Assembly: GCA_019828565.1 (NCBI GenBank)
Contig: JAHDYR010000067.1
Coordinates: 278,244 to 342,243, forward strand
Origin: Carpediemonas membranifera BICM
Lineage: Eukaryota; Protista; Fornicata
DNA length: 64,000 nucleotides
Direction: 5' to 3'
The translations under genes and the position numbers were made by a program. Below are positions 41,001 to 51,093 of this stretch, piece by piece (within the stretch, counting starts at the first letter, position 1; each line of letters opens with the position of its first letter). A model generated the notes under the pieces. The model was not told the DNA's origin and ran no database searches. It saw only the letters and a list, made by a program, of their open reading frames with translations.

Positions 41001-41750
41001 CGATACTGTACTATCGAGGTGTATGACGTGTCAGCCCAGGACACCGTTCTCTCCCTTCATGGTCCAGATCACGCTGCCTTTGCACACCGCCGGCCCGACC
41101 GGATTGTCGTGGGCCCCGGCCGTCGACTGATAGGGGGTCCGTTCAGGGTGACTGGTGACGGCATCGCGACTGTGATCGATCCTGCCGGGGCGTACACCAA
41201 CGGAGCACTCATTGATATCGAGACTAAGGCTGTAGTCAGAGTTTACTCGCACGCGACACCCTCTCGCGGACCGCTTGCTGTCACAGACGACGGTCACGTT
41301 TTCCTGTCCGGAAATCTGATTTATGACACTCGCATGGCCGGCCTCGTCATGGACCTCCCCTTCTTCGGCTCGAGCGACACGGCCTTCTTCTACAACAACG
41401 ACTCGGCTGTCTACAGCGGCGGTGCCTTCATTGATATCAGAAGCCCGGGCGCGTCGCTCAGTTACCAGGGTTGTAGCCACATGAGAGGCTTGTTGCCGGT
41501 GTTCGGAGGGAGATATGCCGCTGGTTTAGTGTCTTCGTATCCCGATTCAGATACCCTGCATCTAGTGAATCTACGAGATCATGTGACCGAATCTGAATGT
41601 TCGCTCAATCTTCATGCGCAGTTTATCAGTCCTTCGCCCGTGACCCACAAGATCTTGGTAGGATCACAACATGGCAGCGGGTCGCCCACATTGACTGTGC
41701 TGGCAATCGGATCACCCTTTAATGCTCGGGAGACGTGGAAGCCTGCTTAG
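38022..41750 (+). CDS. Large helical-repeat + C-terminal WD40-like protein, probable divergent DCAF1/VprBP
   Basis: DARVLSALALTG, ACPP....HTPH, and paired DxR motifs (GNLIYDTR, GAFIDIR) occur in the order found in DCAF1; similarity is weak. Confidence 0.5.
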   Translation: MDDDGFAYLSTDDFEDESDIDAAILRTSAADHVSHVMPRANPLRHVSSLDDVVQTMSEQYTHPVIHPIRRTPSRPTLSSIQPVPEGRYDGSTPPHLASPFDLNPALNRAFTEWLHRDDDSNELDADQLVAFTSMVTVEADFAEADVFFHREQHEDCLMVALMISDRNSRIPVFAYTAADQRTELEVMAGLLAIARLLPVAGFSISLSEVSAYFFIKLGHIMTAEVEANTGSAPGLRESLVWCVLSDLYGLRTDEDPSLTIFETIESAIFRHSGRLQELFTIVTEYLIGTRDAIIAMTDEESDLIRRVSRESTKFSPPVRFDINDVLIKAILRLVHDVSQFVEFEPTLHSVATQTTDLIIATLGRLNTIKPTHQAVLVDAVHFMASHACISEQLATRTSFYRVFTTTWPPYLTASLASVLNAVIDAQGCQYSAPVTSIGPTLPAFLTSLLGMLDAVRHGSTRDYNPTTPPFRYIQTVTMDSRPHGLSQVMECIIKLAHIPAVLDHLLGLNGVVSVGEPPILDLLTDFITLPHQGIDCDRYGLYGFSAAVDARVLSALALTGHACYTAPELAMLRLDERRLLTRDVTRVKSQSFPEFRIVDARWFQRVADKLFYAPSNGREADDNALSFFDMMCTLPLLVDTTVEIQISQPLDMGALVRQVAPFPVVLLALALKQTEPHLKHAALRAFAASSGLVYTTNSRTVGSNLGRDLTHLDGRVTQFLAKIAGIGVFALLCQIAHSVQDTDFSPDGKTDSGTLITVFEVTREILIATNVSQRYLMESRFIRNQAAAQAAISEMTELSKAAGALLAVCPPPPPRRYYAMPRPIQEPPASWPCKRRAEHIRDSLKLPDSRCSFASFIEACPPTQPCPSHTPHPGIAQPAINPALTHSLPLPASNVHRMWGRHTDALAGNGVTTVVSLGSGFGVGLPTTAGAWDSTGTHPVIAFDDGMVCQSTPGLEIINRPLVPASTDPDLPEPRRIIDLSMSTDDRFALMTTRYCTIEVYDVSAQDTVLSLHGPDHAAFAHRRPDRIVVGPGRRLIGGPFRVTGDGIATVIDPAGAYTNGALIDIETKAVVRVYSHATPSRGPLAVTDDGHVFLSGNLIYDTRMAGLVMDLPFFGSSDTAFFYNNDSAVYSGGAFIDIRSPGASLSYQGCSHMRGLLPVFGGRYAAGLVSSYPDSDTLHLVNLRDHVTESECSLNLHAQFISPSPVTHKILVGSQHGSGSPTLTVLAIGSPFNARETWKPA

Positions 41751-42443
41751 AGCAACGGATGATATTGCAGACTGATTCTTTCTTATCATAAACGAGATTC
41801 CTTCCTCTTCAAGGCGGTGTCCTGTTTTCTAATTGACACCTTGCGGATTTACTCGTTAAGGCGGGGGTGCCTGGGGTGCAGAAGCCGTAGATTCTGATCC
41901 TGGTCAGTTTGTTTACCCACGAAGCATGGCACCAGGGTGTCTCGTCTGACATTAAAGTAATTTAATCACTTTATGACAACACGGGACACAGTCGGCCGAG
42001 GACATCATTCCAGTCGACGCCGGCCCAGGTCTCTCTTCGCCAACCATGAATGCTATGAGATAATGCACACTGAATAGTATTCACAGCCGACTCACTCGTC
42101 TTCCAGTCTTCGCGTAAAAGATCTGACTGGATCAATCCACAAGAGTCGGCCAAGAGTCGGTCCTCGACGCCTGCACAAAGATGCGCCCAATAGTTCTGAC
42201 CATTAGATCATAAAAAGGGCGGACGACCGCCCATCCCATGAGTGAGGGAGGTCACCCGTCAGCCCTGGCTGAGTCCGTTCTGCCTTCTGTCATGCATGAC
42301 AGTCTGCTTTCGACCCACCTTCGAACGTCATGCGGGGGTGTTGGACGCGCTCCGGGATAAAATACGTTTGCCGTGACAACTCCGTCTCCGGCGAACTGTC
42401 TTGCAATCCTTCGACTCGAACGACTGTGCCACGATCGTCTCCC

Positions 42444-43808
42444 ATGTCGAGTTCTACAGCCGGATCAGGGCTTAAGTGCATCATTCACTTCGCCCAATTC
42501 CATTTGGACTTTCGTATGCCCGAGTTTGAAGCGGTTACTTCCATGTACGGCGTGAAATACGAGATTGACGAACCTCTCACGCCTGAACGGCCGTTTGCCA
42601 TTCTTCACTTCACAGGAGAGAACCCTCGGGACGATGTTGCTCGTGTGTGCAGCCGTTGTGTCCTCATCTACGAGGTCTATGAGTTCGTGGCCGTGGGCGA
42701 CTCCATCCAGGACGTTGCCGATCAGTGCCGGCCCCGCGCCGAGGAGATCACGCGGATGTTCCTCCCAGAGACCTCTACATGGGCCTTCGACCTCCTCACT
42801 TTCGGCCGCAAGATGACTCTCTTCGACAAGCGAGACTCTTTCGAGAAGCTGTCGTTCCTCGCCCCCAAGTTCGGCACCGTGGACCTCAAGCACGGCGAGA
42901 AGATGTTCATGACGATCTACCACTACGGCGAGAACTCCAAGCTGACAGCCCCCGCCCGCGTCTACCTGGGGATGCTCCTCCACACCGCCCAGCGCCAGCT
43001 GCCGTACAAATACACACTCAAGAAGCGCCCCTTCCTCGGGCCGACCTCCATGGACGCCGAGCTCGCCCTGATCATGGGCAACATGGGCCGGGCGAGACCG
43101 GGGTCGTTCACCCTCGACCCGTTCGTCGGCACAGGCTCAATTCTCGTCGCAGCGACACACTGGGGCAGCACTTGTGTGGGGACTGACCTAGACATCAAGA
43201 TAATCGGTGCATACACGCGACACGGGGTCCGTAGAGAGAAGAACATCCTCACAAACTTCGACTTTTATCACCTGCCCCGGCCGTCCATCGGCTGGGCCGA
43301 CATGAAGGTCAACATCTGGTCCGGGAAATTTGACTCAATCATTTGCGATCCACCATATGGCCTGCGTGCTTTTGTGAAGACAGTAGACTCGGGAGCGGCG
43401 AAACCGAAGGGCGAGACGCCTTCCATGCCACGAAACAAGAGCACTTCGATCGCCAACCAGATGGTCTCCCTCCTAGCGTTCGCCGCCTCCCACCTCACCG
43501 TGGGCGGCCGCATCGTCTTCTGGCTGCCGGTGATTGTCGAGTTCTACACCGAGGCCGACTTGCCCACCCACCCTGCCCTCAGACTTGTGTCCAACTGCTT
43601 CCAGGAGCTCACTGAGGTCTATGGCCGGCGGCTGATCACCATGGAGAAGGTGAGGGAGGCCACTGAGGGCGACGAGGCCGCTGTCATGGCGGGAAAGAGC
43701 TATGACAACTTCGGGAAGGTCGTGCGGCACATCCCTGTTGAGCCGACGCACGAGGGCGAGAGAGGCAGAGTCGATGCAGGTATGGTGGAATGGTTACCCA
43801 GTTTATAA
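42444..43808 (+). CDS. TRM11: tRNA m2G10 methyltransferase Trm11
   Basis: HLDFRMPEF, LKKRPFLGPTSMDAEL, DPFVGTGS, GTDLD, DSIICDPPYGLR, GGRIVFW, RRLITM. Confidence 0.96.
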   Translation: MSSSTAGSGLKCIIHFAQFHLDFRMPEFEAVTSMYGVKYEIDEPLTPERPFAILHFTGENPRDDVARVCSRCVLIYEVYEFVAVGDSIQDVADQCRPRAEEITRMFLPETSTWAFDLLTFGRKMTLFDKRDSFEKLSFLAPKFGTVDLKHGEKMFMTIYHYGENSKLTAPARVYLGMLLHTAQRQLPYKYTLKKRPFLGPTSMDAELALIMGNMGRARPGSFTLDPFVGTGSILVAATHWGSTCVGTDLDIKIIGAYTRHGVRREKNILTNFDFYHLPRPSIGWADMKVNIWSGKFDSIICDPPYGLRAFVKTVDSGAAKPKGETPSMPRNKSTSIANQMVSLLAFAASHLTVGGRIVFWLPVIVEFYTEADLPTHPALRLVSNCFQELTEVYGRRLITMEKVREATEGDEAAVMAGKSYDNFGKVVRHIPVEPTHEGERGRVDAGMVEWLPSL

Positions 43809-44126
43809 CATTTGATTTGATGGAATCATAAGAGAAGCAATGTTACTACTGATATCTGGCACTATTAGGGCGACTATAAATTACGCGATATTGTTCTTAA
43901 GAAGAGAATTGGCCAAATCATAAGAGAATTTTTGGCGCGATTGACTGACTCAATGAAATGAAACGATCGGATGAAATCACGCAGTCGCCCCCGCAACTGG
44001 AGGCACGGCATGGGGGTGCATACATGCATTGGCCACTTGATCTGATCCGATATTTGTCTCCGAATTGGACGGTCTCGGTTGGTCAGAAATCGACGCGGAA
44101 AAAGGTTTGAAAGGAAAGGATCGATA

Positions 44127-47038
44127 ATGGTTTCTCGCTCGTGCGCCCATTTCGAGAACGCTCGTGTAGAACTTGAGGACGTTTCCTGCGTCCCTATTCG
44201 CTCCTCGAACTGCGCCAAATGCGAGCGCACTGCTCAACATGAATCCTGCGACGAGTGCGAGCTGTCCTGGAAGGCTCAGCCTGAATGGCCCGAGAACGAG
44301 ATCGTGAATGAGGCCAGAAGATGTTTGCACTTCATCCCAATGCTTACCTAGGTCTGTACTGCGCCAACGCTGGCTGCAGCGTCGGTTGCCCTGCTGCCGT
44401 TAACACCAAGCAGATGGTCCATGCTTGCGGCGAGCAGGCCTGGTTCTCAGCCGCTAAGGTTGTCTATGGCGCCAACCCTCTTGCCCTCTCTACTTCTTAT
44501 CTCTGCGAGTGCGACGACACTTGCCGGTCGACCTGCAACATGTCCAAGTCCCGCTCCGGGGCCATCCGCACCTCCGACATCCAGAAGTTCGTCTGCCGTC
44601 GCTTCAAGGAGTTCCGCGTCGACCCCAAGGTGCACCCCGACACGCCCGCCCGTGCTGAGAAGGTCGCCGTTATTGGTGCCGGCCCCGCCGGTCTCAGCGC
44701 TGCTACTTACCTCGCTCGCCTCGGATACACTGTCACGATCTTCGAGAAGGCCGCGTACGCTGGCGGCCTGCTGATGTCCGAGATCCCCGAGTTCCGCATG
44801 CCCAAGGACGCTGTGGACTTCGAGGTCGACCTCGTCCGCAAGCTTGGTGTCGAGTTCAAGTTCAACACCGCTGTAGGCAAGGATGTGACCATCGCCGAGC
44901 TCAAGGAGACCTTCTCTGCCGTCATTGTCGCCCACGGCAACCCCGACACCATCGCCCTCCCCGTCGCCGTTCCCTCTGAGGCCGCACCCCAGGTGACGAA
45001 CTCGCACGCCTTCCTTCAGGACAACAACGAGCGCACCAAGCTCGCTGACGCCACCCCCCGCGACTTGAGCGGCAAGCGCGTCATCGTCATCGGTGCTGGT
45101 GACACAGCCTGCGATTGTGCCCAGGTCGCCCGCCGTTGCGGCGCCGACGTCGACATCATCTTCCGTAAGACGATCAACGACATGCGCGCTGGCCAGAAAC
45201 GCATCAACGAGGTCCTCTCCGAGGGCGTCGAGCTCCACCCCCTCCTCGAGCCCAAGGCCCTCTCCGTCACCGACGGCAAGCTCTCTGGCGTCGAGTTCAT
45301 GATCAACCAGAAGCTCGCTGGCCGCTACACCGCCACCGGCCAGACCGTCGTCCGCCCAGCCGACCTCGTCGTCTTTGCCCTCGGTGCCCGTACCGCCGAG
45401 GAGTCCCGCCTGCTCAAGTCGTATGAGATGGACAACAACACCAACGCTGTTGCCAACACCGCCTACCCCTTCTACGTCGTCGGCGACGCATGCGGCTCCG
45501 GCTCCGTCGTTGAGGCCGTCAACGATGGCCGCACCGCTGCTGCCAGCATCCACTCTAAGCTCACTGGCGAGGTTCTCGCCACCATGCCCGGTTTCTACAC
45601 GGCCGTCGACGAGGTCGACCTCTCCATCGAGGTCCTCGGCATGAAGTTCCCCAACCCCTACGGCCTCTCCTCTGCCCCCATCAGCTGGAGCTACGAGAAC
45701 ATCGCCAGGTGCTTCGAGGCTGGCTTCGGGTTTGCCGTCACCAAGACCATCGCCCTCAACAAGGACCTGAACCCCAACAACCACATCCGTATCTGCCACA
45801 CGGAGATCACACCCGGCTCGACGTCGTACAACAACGTCTGCGTCATCACTGAGCACTCCGTGGAATACTGGTGCGAGACGATCCGTAAGCTCAAGGAGAA
45901 ATACCCCTCTAAGATCGTCATCGCGTCGATCATGTGCACTGACAAGGAGCACGACTGGCGCGACCTCGCTGAGAGAGTTATCGTCGCCGGTGCCGACGCC
46001 ATTGAGGCCAACCTCTCCTGCCCTGTAAGTACATCCAACCCCATTATTACCCAGAACGATTGCCATGGCGACACGTGCGGCAACCCCAACGACGTCTCGG
46101 AGGACAACGCCATGGCCATGGCCCTCGGCGTCAGCCCCGACGCCGTCCACCGCATCGCCACGTACCTCGTCGACACCGCCAAGGACCGCGTCCCCGTCTT
46201 CATCAAGCTCACCCCCAACATCACTGACCCTAAGCTCATCGCCAGAGCCGCACGGTCGGCCGGTGCCCACGTCAGCATGATCAACACCGTCTCTGGCATC
46301 GCCAAGATCCTCCCCTCAGGCCACCCGTGGCCCCAGGTCGGTAAGGAGCGCCGCACCATCTCTGGCGGCCTCTCGGGCGACCAGGTGCGCCCCATTGCTA
46401 TCCGCCAGATCTCCGAGGTCGCCCGCGACGACCCCGACTGCAAGATCCTCGGCATCGGAGGCATCAGATCCGGCATGACCGCCATCCAGCACATCTACGC
46501 GGGCGCCTCTGTGGCCCAGATCTGCTCTGCGGTCCAGCGGTACTCGTACGAGATCGTTTCTGAGATGAACGACACGCTCCGCTTCATCCTGTACGCCTGG
46601 TCCCGCCCAGACCTCACTGGCTACCTCAACTCGTTCGCCGAGAACAGCATCGTCCCCCACGGCGTGACAGACGACTCCTGGATGACCGTGGACAGGACTG
46701 AGGGCCGCGTCCCCGCCCTCGCTGAGATGGTCGGCAAGGCCAACGCCCACATCGGCGAACGGGTCGACCTCGAGCACCCCAACCGCTGGAGAGTGACCGC
46801 TGCTATCGATGCTGACAAGTGCATGAACTGTGGCGCCTGTGCCACCTCTTGCCGCGATAACGGACCCGGCGCCATTGGCCGTAACGAGGATGGCACCACG
46901 TACGTCGTCAGCCCCGAGGACTGCATTGGTTGCGCGCTGTGCTCATCCATTGCTTGCGGCGCCATTCACTACGAGGCTCTTCCCGGTGTCGATGAGCTCA
47001 ACGAGACCGACAGGGCCAAGGTCAAGCTCGGCTGCTAA
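44127..47038 (+). CDS. DPYD: Dihydropyrimidine dehydrogenase (NADP+), introns 44323-44351 and 46025-46054
   Basis: Spliced EARRCLYCANAGCSVGCP; IGAGPAG, IPEFR, IGAGDTACDC, FPNPYGLSSAP, GFAVTKT, spliced NLSCPN, KLTPNITD, GIGGI, QICSAVQ, C-terminal CMNCGAC/CIGCALC. Confidence 0.96.
44323..44351 (+). other. Spliceosomal intron, 29 nt (DPYD)
   Basis: GTTTGC...GCTTACCTAG; removal gives EARRCLYC. Confidence 0.92.
46025..46054 (+). other. In-frame, stop-free spliceosomal intron, 30 nt (DPYD)
   Basis: GTAAGT...TATTACCCAG; removal gives NLSCPN. Confidence 0.8.
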
Positions 47039-47179
47039 TTATTAAATCTCAAATACTTATGCAGGCGAGATGAAAGAATGCATCAAGTTAAGACTGCCAC
47101 GGTTGGGCCCGCAGGCAGTTTAAGGTTTTGCCAGATTTGGCTTCAGAATTCGGCATCAGAGCTCGGGAATTCTGTCGAA

Positions 47180-48925
47180 ATGGACGATTACCGGGTAGAA
47201 GATGAGTACGATTATGACGGTTTGTCGATATATCGCATTACTAACACAGAATACAGCTATGACTATGATTCAGAACCAGACGAGCCTATGGACGTCAAAT
47301 CGAGACTTTCAAGCGCCAGGGCGCCGCAAGTGGCACCAGCAAACGTACCAAGACTTCTTCGCCCACAGTCAATGGAGAATATCGCATCCAGGTCACAACC
47401 TGCGTTGAAACCCAGTGCCCCTGCGCCGGCAACGACCAACAACGCTTCGAGCTTGAACTCTGTACGCTACCAGCCGGTCGATGACTCCTCGGAAGAGGAC
47501 GAGGATGATGATTTCGACGAGCCCATGCCGGTTGCCCCCTCCACGGCAGCCTTCACGGTGCCCAGCCGCCGCGCATCGTCCGCCCGCCGCCAATCCGCGG
47601 GTGGCCCGCCCTCTCCTGTGCCTTCCCAGCACGACAAATCACCCTCGCCCTCGCACTCCCCCTCTGTGGAGCCGTCACCCCCCAAGCCCGCGGGGCCGCC
47701 CAACCCGGGGGTGATCATCAATAAGATGCTCAGCAGATACATCCCCTCGCCCCTAGAGGCTGTAGGCGGCTTCCTCGCGGTACCCCCGGGCTTCAGGACA
47801 GGCGTGCTCACCCCCCTGACCCGCCGCAGCCAGTACTCGATGCTCACACTCGGCCGCAAGCTCCAGGGCGATACTCCAGCCATGGCTCATGAGTTTACCA
47901 TCCAGATCAAGCGGGTCGACCAGGTTCCCACGCCCCAGGACGGGTCGAGGGTGGTCGGGCGTTGGATCAGAATGGCCCTGTACAACGGTTCTGCGGAGAC
48001 GGAGCACGGGCCGAGGGTGCTTTCAAACGTGGTCAGTGTGACAGCAACACCCGCCGTTGACCAGCCCGATAAGTGGAAGATTGCCCCAGAGGACAGCGAG
48101 GTTGTTGTCATCGCCAATTGTACCAGACCGAATCTGTATCTTCTGGTCGAAGTATCTGTGCTTCTCGACCAACATATCAAGCTTGACATCAGGCGGTCAA
48201 ACGGCGCGATTATGACGCGCCCCATCAACCGCAAGCACACCATGTCATGCGGCTGGGCGGCCGTTCCTCTATCAGGGAAGGCGTCAGTCGCGGGAGCCAG
48301 TGCACCGCTTGAAGCACTCGACGTAGACATCGAGGGAAGGTTATTTAAGGACGAGACCGCTTCCTTTAAGGAAGGCCCCCTCGCGCTGGATTTGAAGGGC
48401 GGAACCCCCGATGATGTTGTGTCCATCGTCGAGGGCGCTGCAAAGGTGAAGAAGAGCGTGTTCAAGAGAGTCAAGAACTCGATCAACGGCAGAAAGGCCG
48501 CAAGAGTGGAAGTAAGTGTCCGGAAATCGGATTCGACCGTCATTGCTCAGGCCGCTGATATGCCGGACCTCTTGGTCATTCCCAAGCGAGTCATGTCCTT
48601 CGCCCACGCCTTTGTGACATGCTACACGCACCACCGGGACCGTACGACGGTCAGCTCGGCCCCAGCCCTACGACTAGCGGCCAATGTGCTCCGGGACGGC
48701 GAGTTACTTCAGATCGTGTCTGCCGGATGGGATCAGGTTTCAATGGAAGGGAACGCTAATGCAATAGACAAGTTTGAGTCTTTCTGCCGCACGAAACTGC
48801 CCGGGGCGGTGGAGACCGGGTTCGGGGCCTCGTACATGACGCCCAAGGGCAGGAAGAAGCTGTTCCCGCCGTTCCACACGACTGAGCTGACTGGGGTGAT
48901 GGGATTGCTGACTAGTATGTCTTGA
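47180..48925 (+). CDS. NPHP1: Nephrocystin-1-like transition-zone protein
   Basis: C-terminal half has VLSNVVSVTAT...KW, LLVEVSV, SCGWAAVPL, LKGGTP and PPF, matching the NPHP1 C-terminal region; N-terminal half is acidic/Pro-Ser-rich. Confidence 0.75.
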   Translation: MDDYRVEDEYDYDGLSIYRITNTEYSYDYDSEPDEPMDVKSRLSSARAPQVAPANVPRLLRPQSMENIASRSQPALKPSAPAPATTNNASSLNSVRYQPVDDSSEEDEDDDFDEPMPVAPSTAAFTVPSRRASSARRQSAGGPPSPVPSQHDKSPSPSHSPSVEPSPPKPAGPPNPGVIINKMLSRYIPSPLEAVGGFLAVPPGFRTGVLTPLTRRSQYSMLTLGRKLQGDTPAMAHEFTIQIKRVDQVPTPQDGSRVVGRWIRMALYNGSAETEHGPRVLSNVVSVTATPAVDQPDKWKIAPEDSEVVVIANCTRPNLYLLVEVSVLLDQHIKLDIRRSNGAIMTRPINRKHTMSCGWAAVPLSGKASVAGASAPLEALDVDIEGRLFKDETASFKEGPLALDLKGGTPDDVVSIVEGAAKVKKSVFKRVKNSINGRKAARVEVSVRKSDSTVIAQAADMPDLLVIPKRVMSFAHAFVTCYTHHRDRTTVSSAPALRLAANVLRDGELLQIVSAGWDQVSMEGNANAIDKFESFCRTKLPGAVETGFGASYMTPKGRKKLFPPFHTTELTGVMGLLTSMS

Positions 48926-49206
48926 GAGAGCGGTTTGGGCGATGGATGGTGGCATATTCTATGATTTTTTGAGGTAAACGCAGCACTGAGTGCCTAAATG
49001 ACTCGATACGGCTTATGAAATATGGAACCGGTGACGTTATGGTGTTGTTTGGCTTTGCTGGCACTTATCCATAACCAATCACTTCTCCAAAAGTGAAGTA
49101 TCATAGAGTGCACAGTGCAAGCAGTAAAGTATCCGAGTTCCCACTTGTTGTTTCCGACAGACTTCCAACAGTCATTTCGCAGTTTAGCCCTCAGCAACTG
49201 GCCGAG

Positions 49207-49454
49207 ATGACGAAGAATCGTTATTACTGCCCGTACTGCGACGGTATGTTATCATGCTACGACTACATGATGCACTAACACAGTTTACCTTGCTCATGAC
49301 TCCATGAGTGCTCGTCGGGACCACGATTCCGGTGTGAAGCACCGTGAGAACGTTATCAGTTCGTTTTAACACTCGTTCATCTTATTCAGACTGGTATAAG
49401 CACTTCATGCCTCCGCTCCCCAGTGCATCGTACTACACCCAGAGGAAGGACTGA
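49207..49454 (+). CDS. SNRPC: U1 snRNP protein C (58 aa), introns 49244-49283 and 49359-49389; not recovered as an intact ORF in the supplied track
   Basis: Spliced product MTKNRYYCPYCDVYLAHDSMSARRDHDSGVKHRENVINWYKHF... matches the U1-C zinc finger YCxYCDxYLxHDSxSxRxxHxxGxKHxENV. Confidence 0.93.
49244..49283 (+). other. Spliceosomal intron, 40 nt (U1-C)
   Basis: GTATGT...ACTAACACAG. Confidence 0.93.
49359..49389 (+). other. Spliceosomal intron, 31 nt (U1-C)
   Basis: GTTCGT...TCTTATTCAG; removal skips a TAA and gives ENVINWY. Confidence 0.8.
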
Positions 49455-50276
49455 AGGAAGGGCAGACGACCGCAAGCACACATTGTTTTTCGAGGTGAAG
49501 GTGATATGATGATGAGAAACGATGGTAGCAGTTGTACGATGATACAGTGACGACCCTTCCAGGTGTTCGGACAATAATTCAATTCATGTGGGTTGCCTGG
49601 CAGTCATGGTCGGGTGCCGTGACCAGGTGCCCATAGTAGTTTATCGACGTCTGAATGCGGCCATCGACTCCACCATTGCCGTTGTCTGGCGGACATGTGC
49701 CGTAACCTGCGCTGTCCTCACAGGGCATCCCACAGCGACACGACCACAGAGCACGGGTTGCCATGGACCGCATTGAGTTCGCCCTTGGAATGGATGCCAG
49801 TGCAGCACATCCTAAACCCGTGTTCCTGTACTTCCTCGCTCAAGATGTCTCCATGGATGTCATTGGGAACTGTCAGAAGCGCTCTCAATCGGCTCGTATT
49901 TCGGCGGCAACAAGACCACCGTGGACCATTACGATTCCCTCATCGGAGACCCTCTCCAGGCATCTGCTGGCACCATCATCGGCTGTATCATCGGCCGAGC
50001 TGTTTATCGCCGTCGTGACCTCGCAGCTCAACGCGCTCGAGAAGAACAGCGGAAGGAGGAGGAGGCCTGATGGCAGGCGTGGGTATCGCGTGTCGCTGTA
50101 AATCAAATCAGGACGAGAAATCAGCGAGTGCTTGCCCCACCACTCAACCACTGCGTGCGACATGAAGCCACGACAGCGATAACAGTCGCCGTTTGCATCA
50201 CGATTCGTGCGATATGATCAAAATCTGTTGTGATCCGCTAATCTGCGGATCGTAGCGGAAGGAGGCGGAGGATACC

Positions 50277-50897
50277 ATGGGTCTTGGTTTTCTGAAACAG
50301 AAGAGAGCCGGTGAATCACAATCACATAGCCCCACAAAGCCATCTAGGCATATGGCCTCCCCATACGCCAGCACGACAATGAAATCGCCATATGCAAGCA
50401 CAGGAAGCGTTAGTATCATCCCAGAGCTTCCAATGCATCAGTTTGAAGCCCTTGAGCGCGCAGACTACGTGACTTTGGAGCAAGCTGCCAAGGATCCTGC
50501 AGCGTACGCCCATCTTCTCAAGAGCGAGCCCTACTCGAGGCAACTCGACGTCGTCCAGCGCCGCCTGGAGGAAGCGCAGTCTCGCGCTGGAGCAGTGTAC
50601 GCGAAGGAGTCCTCGGAGATCACTAGCAGCAGCGACATGCTCAAGGTCATGCAGGAACGATACTTTATTCTCGCCAAGCAGACTGCGGAGAAGCGCGACC
50701 TCCTCGCAGCCAAGCGGGTGGCGGCGACCAGGATACTGGGCCAGATGGCATCCAGGAACGACGCAGACACCACCAATCTGGCCAAGCAGCTGCTGTACGG
50801 AGAGATCAGTGTCAAAGACTTCACCAGGCAGTACATCCCACAGCGCGTCCTCATGTATGAGAGAGCATCCAAGGCCGGGGCCGACAGGGGCGTGTAG
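50277..50897 (+). CDS. VPS37: ESCRT-I subunit Vps37-like (Mod(r) domain)
   Basis: Coiled-coil followed by LAKQLLYGEISVKDFTRQYIPQRVLMYERASK, resembling the Vps37 C-terminal helical hairpin. Confidence 0.7.
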   Translation: MGLGFLKQKRAGESQSHSPTKPSRHMASPYASTTMKSPYASTGSVSIIPELPMHQFEALERADYVTLEQAAKDPAAYAHLLKSEPYSRQLDVVQRRLEEAQSRAGAVYAKESSEITSSSDMLKVMQERYFILAKQTAEKRDLLAAKRVAATRILGQMASRNDADTTNLAKQLLYGEISVKDFTRQYIPQRVLMYERASKAGADRGV

Positions 50898-51093
50898 AGC
50901 GCTGGATGCGTCTGGCTCATTTTTTTATTTTAAAACTCTATTTCTGCTTTGCCAAAGACAAGAAGAAAGTTCGTCCGTCCGGCCTAGCTCAAGGACAGCC
51001 TCGCCATGGCCGGCTGAGCACTGAATGCACCCGCAGAGAGGAACACCATTTACTATCTGGCGTGTCCCTTTATGGCAACAACACTGACGCCCT

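Noticed and set aside
42287-42302. Perfect 16-bp palindrome CTGTCATGCATGACAG
   Set aside because: About one such palindrome is expected by chance in 64 kb (64000/4^8).
44447-46270. Long antisense ORFs (607 aa here; also 57424-59367, 33720-35138 and many shorter ones)
   Set aside because: They mirror strongly codon-biased sense genes (DPYD, Hsp110, CCT7) and carry no recognisable motifs; they are shadow ORFs.
49500-50200. Short overlapping ORFs between U1-C and VPS37
   Set aside because: No recognisable motif, and no intron fitting the local consensus joins them; a gene may exist but I cannot support a model.
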